From contig CAWAIF010000003.1 in assembly GCA_963782055.1 (NCBI GenBank), positions 6,560,001 through 6,624,000 of the forward strand: a stretch of DNA of 64,000 nt. Reading direction: 5' to 3'. The stretch comes from an uncultured delta proteobacterium (GTDB taxonomy: Bacteria > Myxococcota_A > Polyangia > Polyangiales > Polyangiaceae). The translations under genes and the position numbers were made by a program. Each line of letters starts with the position of its first letter. Positions within the stretch are counted from its first letter, which is position 1. Under the pieces are notes generated by a model, which had not been told where the DNA came from, did not search any database, and was given only the letters and a program-made list of their open reading frames with translations. Shown here one piece after another: positions 40,961 to 50,477 of the stretch.

Positions 40961-42403
40961 ATGGCCCGCCCGCTCCCCCTGGTGGCCCTGCTGGCCCTCC
41001 TGCCGGCGGGAGCAGCCTGCTCCAGCGACCCGCCGCCCGGACCGGCCCCGGCCACCCGCACCAATCCCAACGCCGTCCACGTGGTCGGTCAGACCTTCCG
41101 CGACGGCCGCGGCCGCCAGCTCCTCTTCCGGGGCTTCAACGCCAAGGTGGACGGCATCTTCGACGCGAAGTTCGACGACGGCCGCGCCCCCAACGAGGTC
41201 TTTTACTCCTTCGACGAGCAGAGCGCCCAGCGCTTCGAGGATCTCGGGGTGTCGGCCCTCCGCCTCCCCGTCAACTGGAGCGCCCTCGAGCCGACGCCTG
41301 GCCAGTACTCCGCCGACTTCTTCGCGAGGATGGATTCGGTGATGGACATGGCCGCTCGCCACCACTTCCACGTCCTCTGCGACATGCACCAGGACGCCTA
41401 CAGCAAGGAGGTCGGCGAGGACGGCGCGCCCCTCTGGGCGATCGAGCCGCAGCCGGCGCAGCTCCTCTCCGGCCCCAGCGACGACAGCCGCCGCACCTCC
41501 GCGCAGGTGCTCCAGGCCGGCTTCAGCTTCTTCGACGACCTCCCCGCCCAGGACGGCCGCTCCCTGCAGACGGCCTTCATCCAGGCCGTCTCGCAGATCG
41601 CACGCCGCTACGTCGGCAACCCCGCCCTGCTCGGCTTCGAGGCGTTCAACGAGCCGGTGGTCCTCAGCGAGTCCAAGCTGGACGACTTCCACGCGCGCTT
41701 CGCCGACGCCATCCACGCCATCGACCAGGACGCGCCGGTGCTCTTCGAGCCGCTGGCCACGCGCAACGCCAACGATCACGCGCTGCTGCCCGACGCGCCC
41801 TGGTCGCACGGTCCGGGTGTCTACGCGCCTCACGTCTACACCGGCTGGTTCTCGGTCCCCTCGCAGGACAGCTGGGCCTCGGAGGATCCGAGCGTGCTGC
41901 TGCCCAGCATGCAGGCCGCCTCGCAGGAGGCCGCCGCGTGGGGTACGCCGCTCTTCGTCACCGAGTTCGGGTGCGATCAGTCCATCACGCGCGGCCCGAA
42001 ATGGGTCGCCGCCGAGCTCGACCTCCAGGACCAGTTCCTGGCGTCCAGCACGCAGTGGATCTGGGAGGAGAACGGCAACTGGGGCGTGCGCGACGCGAGC
42101 CAGACGGAGCGCCCGGCGACGATCGCGGTGGTCGCGCGCCCCTACCCGCGCGCGGTCGCCGGTGATCTGGTGTCGATCGAGCGCCCCGGCCCCGACCGCA
42201 TGATCGTCCACTACCGCGCCACGCCGGCGACGGCCGGGCTGCCCCACGAGGTCTCCGCCTCGGCCGACTACTTCGCCGACTACCAGATCTTCTGCGACGG
42301 CGCCGAGGTGCAGCCCCAGCGCGCCGACGGCCGCGCCAGCTTCGTGTGCCCCGACGGCTCGAGCGGCGAGCACACCTTCGAGATCCGCGGCACGCTGAAG
42401 TAG
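40961..42403 (+). CDS. GH5 endoglycoceramidase-like lipoprotein
   Basis: Lipobox, DMHQD, acid/base NEP, nucleophile TEFG and RPYPRAVAG leading into a C-terminal beta domain. Confidence 0.85.
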   Translation: MARPLPLVALLALLPAGAACSSDPPPGPAPATRTNPNAVHVVGQTFRDGRGRQLLFRGFNAKVDGIFDAKFDDGRAPNEVFYSFDEQSAQRFEDLGVSALRLPVNWSALEPTPGQYSADFFARMDSVMDMAARHHFHVLCDMHQDAYSKEVGEDGAPLWAIEPQPAQLLSGPSDDSRRTSAQVLQAGFSFFDDLPAQDGRSLQTAFIQAVSQIARRYVGNPALLGFEAFNEPVVLSESKLDDFHARFADAIHAIDQDAPVLFEPLATRNANDHALLPDAPWSHGPGVYAPHVYTGWFSVPSQDSWASEDPSVLLPSMQAASQEAAAWGTPLFVTEFGCDQSITRGPKWVAAELDLQDQFLASSTQWIWEENGNWGVRDASQTERPATIAVVARPYPRAVAGDLVSIERPGPDRMIVHYRATPATAGLPHEVSASADYFADYQIFCDGAEVQPQRADGRASFVCPDGSSGEHTFEIRGTLK

Positions 42404-42428
42404 CGCCGCCGCGCGCGGCGTCGAAGCG

Positions 42429-44354
42429 TCAGTTCGGCGGGGTGAGCACCGCCTTCGTCCACTGCGGGCTCACGTACTGCGCGTGGATGTCCTGCCCGGG
42501 GATCCAGAAGGGTGCGTAGCTCGGATCGACGTTGCCGCTCTTCAGCTTGTCCAGGTCGACGGGGATCACCCAGAGCTGCTTGCAGCTCTCCTGCCCCTGC
42601 ACGAGCCCGCCGCAGCTGTGGTTGGCGACGGTGACCTCGTGCCCGTACGGCCGCTCCGACGAGTAGGCGAGCCACGCGTAGCGCGCGCCCATCGTCGGGG
42701 CCCACTGCGGCCAGGTGCTGGAGAGCGTCGTGCCCGCGCCGTTGGAGCCGTTCTTCAGCTCGAAGACCTGCCCGTCGGAGCGCCGCACCAGCATGATCTG
42801 CCCGCTCAGGTTGATGAGCGACTGCTGCGTCTTGATGGACCACCACCCCGCGGCGCGGGTGAACGCGACCGCGCTGCCGTCCGGCGAGATGGCGGGCAGG
42901 AAGTTGTTGTCCGCCGTGTCGGGGTTGGCGTTCGGGTCGGCGCCCACAAGCACCTTCGGCGCGCCGAAGGTGAACTGCGTGCCGTCGTAGCTCACCGGCG
43001 CCTCCACGATGGACGCGCGCACGATGTCGTCGCCCAGGTCGCGCACGTACGCCGTGGTGCTGTCGTAGGCGGCGAAGACGACGAAGCTGCCGTCCGCCGA
43101 CCAGTCGGGCATGAGCGTCGCCTGCCCCGGCGGCGGCTTCCCGAGCTGGCCGATCATCGCGGCGACGTTGCTCGGGACGACGGCGTTGGTGTCGGGGTCG
43201 TGCATCTCCAGGCGCACCGTGCCCGCGGTGTTCTGCGCCACCACGTCCGGGACGCTCACCAGCATCGCCGGCTTCTGCTTCGACTCGAGCGGGTTGAACG
43301 CCGCGTACGTCCCGCGGAAGGACAGCGACGGCTGGATCTTGCCAGTGAACTGCTTCGCGTTGGCGTCGAAGGCGAGCGTCCCGAACTCGAAGTTGCCCCC
43401 GTTGTACGTGTACGCGAAGCGCTTGCCGTCGCGCGAGATGCGGTGGCACCCCGAGCACGGCTGCCCCTGCTGCAGCGCCGGCGCGTCGTTGGGCAGGGGA
43501 AAGTCCTTGCCCGCCGCGACGTCGATGACGTGGAAGCTCCCGGTGGAGGATTGCCACACGTAAATGGAGGCGTCGTCGATGGTGTCGCTCGTGACCGAGA
43601 AGGCGCGCGGTGCGCTGGTGCGCAGCAGCTTGCTCGGCCCGGTCGCGTCGACGACCCACGTCGTGGCGCCGGGAAGGTCCGGGCTGGAGGCGCGCACCAG
43701 GTTCCACGTCGGGGCGTCGAGCAGGACCTGCCGGTCCTTGGTGTAGAGCGAGACGTCCAGCGTGGGGGCCGTCATGTGCACGCGGTAGGTGTCGTTGTCC
43801 GACGCCTGCGACCACTGCATCTCCACCGGCGGCAGGTTGGCCGGGAGCACCGTGCGGTCCTCCGGGTACTCCAGCGACGGCGCGTTCTTCGGGTCGGGGT
43901 CCTGCGTCGCGCCGTTGAGCTGCTGCTTCGCCCCTGAGTCGGCCCCGCCCAAGAAGACGTCGCCCGTCAGCTTGACGCTCAGCCCGGCCTGCCCGCTCGC
44001 GCCGCCCATCGACGCCGTCACGTTGGTGGCGCCGCCGATGCCCGCCAGCGCCACGACGCCCCCTGCCACGCTCCCCACCGACGCGTTGCCGATGCTCCAC
44101 GTCACCTGGGCTGTCACGTCGGTCTGCGCGCCGTTCTCCACCCGAAAGGCGCGGTAGGTCGTCGTGCCGGGCGGCTGGCCGAGCGTCACCGTCACCGCGG
44201 CCTGCGGCGGGTCGACGGTGATGGTGAAGGTGGGGCCCGCGTCCGGCTGCGTGACGTCCTGCCCGTTCCCCGCGTCGAACGTGGAGGTGTCGTCGCCGGA
44301 GCCGCATGCGAGCAGCAGCGTCGCCGCGAACAGAAGAAGCCCTCGCCACATCAT
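42429..44354 (-). CDS. Lipoprotein with Ig-like domain and TolB-like (PD40) beta-propeller
   Basis: LLAC lipobox; ISRDG, PDWSADG, PAISPDG and WPQWAP repeats; CSGCH. Confidence 0.75.
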   Translation of the reverse strand: MMWRGLLLFAATLLLACGSGDDTSTFDAGNGQDVTQPDAGPTFTITVDPPQAAVTVTLGQPPGTTTYRAFRVENGAQTDVTAQVTWSIGNASVGSVAGGVVALAGIGGATNVTASMGGASGQAGLSVKLTGDVFLGGADSGAKQQLNGATQDPDPKNAPSLEYPEDRTVLPANLPPVEMQWSQASDNDTYRVHMTAPTLDVSLYTKDRQVLLDAPTWNLVRASSPDLPGATTWVVDATGPSKLLRTSAPRAFSVTSDTIDDASIYVWQSSTGSFHVIDVAAGKDFPLPNDAPALQQGQPCSGCHRISRDGKRFAYTYNGGNFEFGTLAFDANAKQFTGKIQPSLSFRGTYAAFNPLESKQKPAMLVSVPDVVAQNTAGTVRLEMHDPDTNAVVPSNVAAMIGQLGKPPPGQATLMPDWSADGSFVVFAAYDSTTAYVRDLGDDIVRASIVEAPVSYDGTQFTFGAPKVLVGADPNANPDTADNNFLPAISPDGSAVAFTRAAGWWSIKTQQSLINLSGQIMLVRRSDGQVFELKNGSNGAGTTLSSTWPQWAPTMGARYAWLAYSSERPYGHEVTVANHSCGGLVQGQESCKQLWVIPVDLDKLKSGNVDPSYAPFWIPGQDIHAQYVSPQWTKAVLTPPN

Positions 44355-44373
44355 GGGCGAATCGTACCACCCG

Positions 44374-44436
44374 AGCCCGGGTCCTGGAGCCCGAAGCCCG
44401 CGGCCCGGGGCCGCGACACGAGCCGGAAGGGCGAGT
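44374..44436. repeat. Dispersed intergenic repeat, copy 2
   Basis: AGCCCGG-like heptamers plus ACGAGCCGGAAGGGCGAGT; similar to 7134-7181. Confidence 0.6.
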
Positions 44437-44442
44437 CTCGGC

Positions 44443-45147
44443 TCAGAGCGTGTCGGCCACCGCCCGCAGCGCGCCGGCGACGTCCCCGGCGATCGGCTCC
44501 TGGTGCGCCACGACGACGCGAACCAGATCCGGGATGGCCGCGAGGCGCCGGAGCTCGGCGCGGTAGGCCTTCTTGTCCTTGACCACGAACCACCGCGCGA
44601 TGCGCGAGACGCGCGGCCCGCCGCTCGACCCTGTCACGTGCCGGAAGACGAAGCCCTGCAAGCCGCCCACGTGGGGCATGTTGAAGAGGGCGTCGCACAT
44701 CACCACGCTCGTCCCCTTCCTCGAGCGCACCACCATCGCGCCCTCGGCCCGGGCGAGGCCGTCCAGGTACTCCAGCTTCACGTCCTCGTCCGGCGGGAAG
44801 TCCTCGTAGGTGCCGTCGACCTGCACCAGGCGCTCCACCTTCTTGCGCGCGGCGGCAGGGCACAGCACCACGATCTCGGGGTAGCGCGCCTTGAAGGCGG
44901 CCGCGTCCAGCCGATGGTACCCGTTGGGCACCACCAGAAACGCGGGCGTACCCCACGACTCCATCTCCTTCATGGACGCCTCGTCCATCACGATGGCGCT
45001 GTGGAGCACCAGCCGCCCGTCGGTGCGACGGGCGACGGTCATCGTCCGGAGCATCGCCATCCCGGGGAGGGAGCCGCGGACGGTCCAGAGGTTCTCCTCG
45101 AGCTGCTGGATGGGCTCGTGCGGCTGGGCGGTCCACTCGGCCGTCAT
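44443..45147 (-). CDS. DUF4336-like (metallo-beta-lactamase-fold) protein
   Basis: RTMTVAR...LVLHS, VPNGYHRLD, CDALFN and VAH. Confidence 0.7.
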   Translation of the reverse strand: MTAEWTAQPHEPIQQLEENLWTVRGSLPGMAMLRTMTVARRTDGRLVLHSAIVMDEASMKEMESWGTPAFLVVPNGYHRLDAAAFKARYPEIVVLCPAAARKKVERLVQVDGTYEDFPPDEDVKLEYLDGLARAEGAMVVRSRKGTSVVMCDALFNMPHVGGLQGFVFRHVTGSSGGPRVSRIARWFVVKDKKAYRAELRRLAAIPDLVRVVVAHQEPIAGDVAGALRAVADTL

Positions 45148-45157
45148 GGGTCGCCTT

Positions 45158-47008
45158 CTACTTCGGAACGGGGGGGATGACGACGGTGTTGATGGGCTTA
45201 AGGCTCATGCCGCCCGGGTAGGCGTAGCTCACCGCCTGCGTGTAGAAGGTCGAGCCCGTCTCCAGCGTCCCCCACCCCCACACCGTCACGCCGAACGGCG
45301 CGTCGCTCTTGATCTCGTGCCGGCCGTTGTCGCAGCTGCCCTGCTTCTGGAAGTTGTGCCGGACCAGGTCGAAGCGGGTGAACTCGTAGTCGCCCTTCGA
45401 CCCCACCGGCTGCCAGCCGGTCAGCGCGCCCGCGCAGTCCAGCGTCACGTCGTGGAACTTGGCGTCGCCGCCCTTCGAGCGCACCAGCACGAGGTCGGTC
45501 TCGGGGTACGTCGGGTCGGTGAAGAAGACGTAGGAGCTCTGGAACTCCTTCGCCGGGACGACGTTGACGTACTCCGCGTCGCCCACGCAGCCCTCCGGCG
45601 GGCCGTTGATCGAGCCCACCGAGGAACAGCCCGTCATGTGCGCCGAGACGTAGAAGGGGTGCTTCTCGTCCTGGCTGTGCACCACGTACGGACCCGTGCC
45701 GGAGAAGGTGGCGAGCTGCCCCTGGTTGAGGGTCGTCGGCGCGCCGGACGGCGTCGACGGCTCCCAGGTGAGCTGCGTGCCATCCACCAGGCCGAGCAGG
45801 CGCCAGGGCACCGACTCCTCCGGGGCGTTGTCCAGCCGGTTGCGGTAGCGCACCAGCACGTACTCGCTGCCCAGCGCCTGCACCGGCGGCACCTGCTGGT
45901 GGGCCGAGTCGCAGTAGGCCACGCTCGCGGGCACGTTGAAGCACGACATGCTCGCCCACATCCCCACCGGGTAGTTGGCCTGGATGGGGCTTCCGTCGAG
46001 CAGGTTGGTCTGCGCGAAGACGATCTCCTGCCCCTTGTCGAGCGCGTAGGTCTTCGGCGTGTTCTTCGTGGCCGCCGCGACGCCGCCGCCTCCGGCGATG
46101 TTCTGCGTCGGCAGGATGGTGATCTTCGTGCCGTTCTGCTGCGCGACGAGGTGCACCGCGCCGGGCGCGTTGGTGACCTGGCTCACGTTGAAGGGACTGA
46201 CCGCGACGTAGTTGGTGTCCCACGCGCTCGTCGGCAAGAGCAGCGTCGCGCTGGTGATCGCGCTGGTGCCGCCGCCGTACGGGTAGATGTCGTACGCCGA
46301 CACCGGCCGGTCCGTCGCGATGCGGACGGCGTTGCCCATCATCGTGCCGGAGGTGCCGAGCGCGAGGTTGCCGCTGGTGACGGGGCAGCCGCTGCCGGAG
46401 AGGAAGAGGATGGCCACCTCCCCCGCGGGGATCTGGTTGTTGGTCAGCGGCGAGTAGGTGATCGCGGCCCCGTTGCCCTTGGGGATGCGCGCGATGCTCC
46501 CGACGTTGATGCCGCTGCCCTTGAAGTCGCCCGTGACCGTCACCGGTGAGTTCCAGGTGTTCGCCAGGTACATGGCGAAGCAGCTCCCGCCGTACTGCGA
46601 GCCGTCGGGGGTGACGGCGTAGAACTCGCAGCCGATGCTGCCCTTGTTGGCCTTCGCGCTGTCGCATGCGGCCACGCAGTCGCCGCTCTGCGGATCGCAG
46701 CCCTGGTCGTCCGGGCAGGTCTTCTTGACCGTGCCGTGGCAGTCGACGACCGAGTGCAGGTCGGAGGAGCAGCTCACCGCGCAGGGCGGGCCGCTGTCCC
46801 CGGCGCCGGTGTCGCCGAAGGGATCGTTGCCGTCGAGCTGCGGGGCGCCGTCGCCGAGGCCACCGTCCACGCCGCCGTCACCGTCGCCGAACGCCGACCC
46901 GTCGGTCCCGCCGCACCCCGGCATGGCGTACGCGAGCGCCACCAGCCCGGGCAGCACCGCCGCGATCACGCGGCCCCCGAGGGGCTTCGAAGCCAGTCCA
47001 AGACGCAT
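45158..47008 (-). CDS. IgGFc-binding-protein N-terminal-domain lipoprotein
   Basis: AAGGAGG RBS; Cys-rich region, SIGCEFY, SATLLLPTSAW, QQVPPVQALG and SYAYPGG. Confidence 0.8.
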   Translation of the reverse strand: MRLGLASKPLGGRVIAAVLPGLVALAYAMPGCGGTDGSAFGDGDGGVDGGLGDGAPQLDGNDPFGDTGAGDSGPPCAVSCSSDLHSVVDCHGTVKKTCPDDQGCDPQSGDCVAACDSAKANKGSIGCEFYAVTPDGSQYGGSCFAMYLANTWNSPVTVTGDFKGSGINVGSIARIPKGNGAAITYSPLTNNQIPAGEVAILFLSGSGCPVTSGNLALGTSGTMMGNAVRIATDRPVSAYDIYPYGGGTSAITSATLLLPTSAWDTNYVAVSPFNVSQVTNAPGAVHLVAQQNGTKITILPTQNIAGGGGVAAATKNTPKTYALDKGQEIVFAQTNLLDGSPIQANYPVGMWASMSCFNVPASVAYCDSAHQQVPPVQALGSEYVLVRYRNRLDNAPEESVPWRLLGLVDGTQLTWEPSTPSGAPTTLNQGQLATFSGTGPYVVHSQDEKHPFYVSAHMTGCSSVGSINGPPEGCVGDAEYVNVVPAKEFQSSYVFFTDPTYPETDLVLVRSKGGDAKFHDVTLDCAGALTGWQPVGSKGDYEFTRFDLVRHNFQKQGSCDNGRHEIKSDAPFGVTVWGWGTLETGSTFYTQAVSYAYPGGMSLKPINTVVIPPVPK

Positions 47009-47102
47009 GCGCTCCTCCTTGCGGCCGCCCGCCGGCGCCGCTCGCTGCGGGGGCCACCGCCCGCGAGGACAAAACGATAGCGCTACCTGGTATCGTGGTC
47101 CA

Positions 47103-48017
47103 ATGCCGATGCGGCGCATTCGCCAGCTTGCCGAGGTGTTCCGGGCGGATTTCGAGGCCAGACAGGAGGCGCACGCCGCGCGCATCGCCGGCTTCGACAC
47201 GGCGTCGGTCGACGCCGGCGCGGGCATGGCCTCCTTCAAGCGAGGCGACAGGGTCCTCTGGGAGGGACACGCGGAGCTCATCGGCCGCTTCTGGGGAGAC
47301 CTGGGCCTCTTCCGGTGGTGGTGGTCGGGCAAGGAGCACCACGTCAAGACGGAGACGTCGCTGATGGACCTCGCCTTCGCCGAGGCGCAGCGCGGAGACA
47401 TCCGCGCGCTGCTCGTCCGTCAGATGCAGCTCGACGGCGAGACCGACGCCGAGCTGCTCTGCCGCGTGGCCGCGCACCTCGCGAGCGCGCGCGCGATGGT
47501 GCGCCGCACCGAGGGCGAGCAGACGGCGTACTACGCGCTCTTCGACGGCGCCGGGCCGTCGCGACCGCCGACCCTCTTCACCGCCGAGCTGGAGATGGCG
47601 CGCACCATGCCGCCCGGCGCGGTGGCGCCGGTGGCGTCGACACCGCCGGCGTCCGCCTCGGCTTCGCTGCCGCTGGGCGCGCCCGTCGTCACGCCCCCGC
47701 GCGACCTGATGCTGCCGCTGGCGCACGCCGCCGCCAAGACGATCCGCCCCGCCTACCCCGCCGGCTTCGGCGAGGCGCTCCTCATCGTGACCATCGACAC
47801 GACGCGCGAGAAGGCGCGCTTCTTCGCGCAGATCGTCGCCACGACGCCGGACGGGCACCTCGACGCGGTGGACAGCACGCGCGAGCTCCTGGACGCGGTG
47901 GGGCACCTGATCACCGAGGACGCGCGGGCGGGCAACGGGCGGTGGCGCAAGCTGGTGCTGCGCGTCAGCCCGGAGGGAGACGGCGTGGCGATCCGCGGGG
48001 CCGAGGTGAGCGTGTGA
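47103..48017 (+). CDS. Hypothetical two-domain protein (DUF6882-like N-terminus, YezG/DUF600-like C-terminus)
   Basis: ELIGRF...FRWWW and YYALF; Pro/Ala linker; PAGF...WRKLVLRVSPEG. Domain names are resemblance only. Confidence 0.6.
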   Translation: MPMRRIRQLAEVFRADFEARQEAHAARIAGFDTASVDAGAGMASFKRGDRVLWEGHAELIGRFWGDLGLFRWWWSGKEHHVKTETSLMDLAFAEAQRGDIRALLVRQMQLDGETDAELLCRVAAHLASARAMVRRTEGEQTAYYALFDGAGPSRPPTLFTAELEMARTMPPGAVAPVASTPPASASASLPLGAPVVTPPRDLMLPLAHAAAKTIRPAYPAGFGEALLIVTIDTTREKARFFAQIVATTPDGHLDAVDSTRELLDAVGHLITEDARAGNGRWRKLVLRVSPEGDGVAIRGAEVSV

Positions 48018-48055
48018 CGATGGACGTGGAGGGTCGTTGACCCCACACTGGCGCC

Positions 48056-49423
48056 ATGGGCGACGCGCTCCTCTGGCACCGGCTGCAGTTCGCCTTCACC
48101 ATCGTCTACCACTACCTCTTCCCCCAGCTCACGATGGGGCTGGCGCTCTTCATCGTGGTCTTCGAGGGCATCGCCCTGTGCCGCAACGACGAGACGTACC
48201 GCGACCTCGCGCGCTTCTGGACGCGCATCTTCGGCCTCAACTTCGCCGTGGGCGTCGTCACCGGACTGCCGATGGAGTTCCAGTTCGGCACCAACTGGGC
48301 GCGCTTCTCCCACGTCGCGGGGGGCGTCATCGGCCAGTCCCTGGCGATGGAGAGCCTCTTCGCCTTCTTCCTGGAGAGCACCTTCCTCGGGCTGCTGGTG
48401 TGGGGCGCGAAGAAGCTCTCCCCGCGCGCGCACTTCCTGTGCGCGGTGGCGCTGCTCGTGGGGAGCTGGTCGAGCGGCTTCTTCATCGTCACCACCAACG
48501 CCTTCATGCAGCACCCGGTCGGCTACACCAAGATGGCCGACGGGACGCTCGCCCTCTCCAGCCTGACGGGCTTCGTCTTCAACCCGTGGGGCCTCATCGA
48601 GTGGGTGCACACCATCGACGCCGCGGTGGTCACCGGCTCCTTCGTCGTGTGCGCCATCGGCGCGTACTGGACGCTCAAGCGCGCCCACGCCCGGCACGCG
48701 CGCGTCTGCTTGAAGGTGGGCACCACCGTGGGTCTCGTCGCCGCGTTCGTCGTGGCCTTCCCCACCGGGGACCAGCAGGCCAAGCTGGTGGCGAAGCACC
48801 AGCCCGTCGCCCTCGCGGCGATGGAGGGGCGCTTCCAGAGCGGGCCGCGCGCCGACATCACGCTCATCGGCCAGCCCGACGTGCCGGAGAAGCGGCTGGA
48901 CAACCCCATCAAGGTCCCCGGCGCGCTGAGCTTCCTCGCCTACGGCACCTTCCACAGCGACGTCGCCGGCCTCGACGCCTTCCCGCAGGACCAGTGGCCC
49001 GGCAACATCGAGCTCCTGTACTACTCCTTCCACGTCATGGCGGGCCTCGGCACGCTGATGATCGGGCTGATGGCGCTCGCGCGCCTGCTCGTCTTCCGGA
49101 AACGGCTGGAGCGCACGCGTCCGGTGCTCTGGGCGCTCATGCTCGCCTTCCCCTTCCCGTACATCGCCAACACCGCCGGCTGGCTCACCGCCGAGCTCGG
49201 CCGGCAGCCGTGGCTCATCTACGAGGTGCTGCGCACGCGCGACGGCTCCAGCCCCACCGTGCACTCCGGCGACGCCCTCTTCACGCTCATCGGCTTCTGC
49301 GGCCTCTACCTCCTGCTCGGGCTGCTCTTCGTCTTCTTGGTGGGCAAGGAGATCGGCCACGGCCCGGAGCCAAGAGCCCCCGGCGGCGCGCCCCCTTCCC
49401 CCGCGGAGGCGACCGGTGGTTGA
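48056..49423 (+). CDS. cydA: Cytochrome bd oxidase subunit I (short Q-loop)
   Basis: HYLF, MEFQFGTNW, QPVALAAMEG and ELGRQPW. Confidence 0.96.
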   Translation: MGDALLWHRLQFAFTIVYHYLFPQLTMGLALFIVVFEGIALCRNDETYRDLARFWTRIFGLNFAVGVVTGLPMEFQFGTNWARFSHVAGGVIGQSLAMESLFAFFLESTFLGLLVWGAKKLSPRAHFLCAVALLVGSWSSGFFIVTTNAFMQHPVGYTKMADGTLALSSLTGFVFNPWGLIEWVHTIDAAVVTGSFVVCAIGAYWTLKRAHARHARVCLKVGTTVGLVAAFVVAFPTGDQQAKLVAKHQPVALAAMEGRFQSGPRADITLIGQPDVPEKRLDNPIKVPGALSFLAYGTFHSDVAGLDAFPQDQWPGNIELLYYSFHVMAGLGTLMIGLMALARLLVFRKRLERTRPVLWALMLAFPFPYIANTAGWLTAELGRQPWLIYEVLRTRDGSSPTVHSGDALFTLIGFCGLYLLLGLLFVFLVGKEIGHGPEPRAPGGAPPSPAEATGG

Positions 49424-50447
49424 GATCTGGTACGCCCTCGTCGCGGCGCTCCTCACCGCCTACGTCGTGCTGGACGGCTTCGACCTGGGCGCGGGCGCCG
49501 TCCACCTCTTCGTCGCACGCGCGGAGCCGGAGCGACGACAGGTGCTCGGCGCCATCGGCCCGCTCTGGGACGGCAACGAGGTGTGGCTGCTCGCCGCCGG
49601 CGGCGCGCTCTTCCTCGCCTTCCCGCGGGTGCTCGCCTCTGCCTTCTCCGGCTTCTACCTCGCGATGTTCCTGGTCGTCTGGTCGCTCATCGTACGGGGC
49701 ATCGGCATCGAGCTGCGCAGCCACGTGCCAGGCGAGCTCTGGCGCGCCTTCTGGGACTTCGTCTTCAGCGTCGCCAGCGGCCTGCTGGCGTTCCTCTTCG
49801 GCGTCGCCCTGGGCAACGTGCTGCGCGGCGTCCCCATCGACGACAAGACCGGGTACTTCGAGCTCTCCCTCTTCTCCAACTTCACCCCGGCGCCGCCGGT
49901 GGGGCTGCTCGACTGGTACACCCTGCTGATGGGCGCCTTCGCGCTGATCGCGCTCGCCGCGCACGGCGCGCTCTTTCTGGCGTGGAAGACGGGCGGCGAG
50001 CTGGGGGAGCGCGCCGCGCGGCTCGCCTCACGCCTCTGGCCGGTGGTGCTGGTGGGCGCGGTGGCGGTGTTCGTCGCCACCTTCCGCGTCACCCACCTGG
50101 TCCCACGCGCGGTCGCCGCCTTGCCCATCGCGCTCGCGGTGGGCGGGCTGGGCGTGTGGCCTGTCGCGCTGCGCCGCGGCCGCGTCCTCACCGCCTTCCT
50201 CGGCTCGTGCGCCTTCCTCGCCGGGTCCCTCGGCGGCGTCGCGACGAGCCTCTTCCCGGTGATGCTGCGCGCCACCGACGGCGCGGCGACGGTGGACGCC
50301 TACGCCGCGGCGAGCTCTCGCCACGCGCTCGACGTCGGCCTCGCCTGGTACGTGGTGGGCCTGTTGCTGGTGATCGGTTACTTCGTCAACCTCTTCCGCC
50401 TGCACCGCGGCAAGGTGAACGCCGCGGCGGACGGCGAAGGGTACTGA
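49416..50447 (+). CDS. cydB: Cytochrome bd oxidase subunit II
   Basis: YVVLDGFDLG and WDGNEVWL; overlaps cydA. Confidence 0.96.
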   Translation: MVEIWYALVAALLTAYVVLDGFDLGAGAVHLFVARAEPERRQVLGAIGPLWDGNEVWLLAAGGALFLAFPRVLASAFSGFYLAMFLVVWSLIVRGIGIELRSHVPGELWRAFWDFVFSVASGLLAFLFGVALGNVLRGVPIDDKTGYFELSLFSNFTPAPPVGLLDWYTLLMGAFALIALAAHGALFLAWKTGGELGERAARLASRLWPVVLVGAVAVFVATFRVTHLVPRAVAALPIALAVGGLGVWPVALRRGRVLTAFLGSCAFLAGSLGGVATSLFPVMLRATDGAATVDAYAAASSRHALDVGLAWYVVGLLLVIGYFVNLFRLHRGKVNAAADGEGY

Positions 50448-50477
50448 GCGGACGCGACGACGGCGCCGCCCGTGGCC

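Noticed and set aside
40773..42403. Genomic island integrated at tRNA-Arg
   Set aside because: No integrase, no att duplication and no visible compositional shift.
42429..44354. CSGCH in the TolB-like lipoprotein as evidence for a cytochrome
   Set aside because: It is a single motif inside a propeller context with no cytochrome fold cues; heme binding is unsupported.
48056..50477. Missing cydX as an anomaly
   Set aside because: Short-Q-loop bd oxidases commonly lack CydX.
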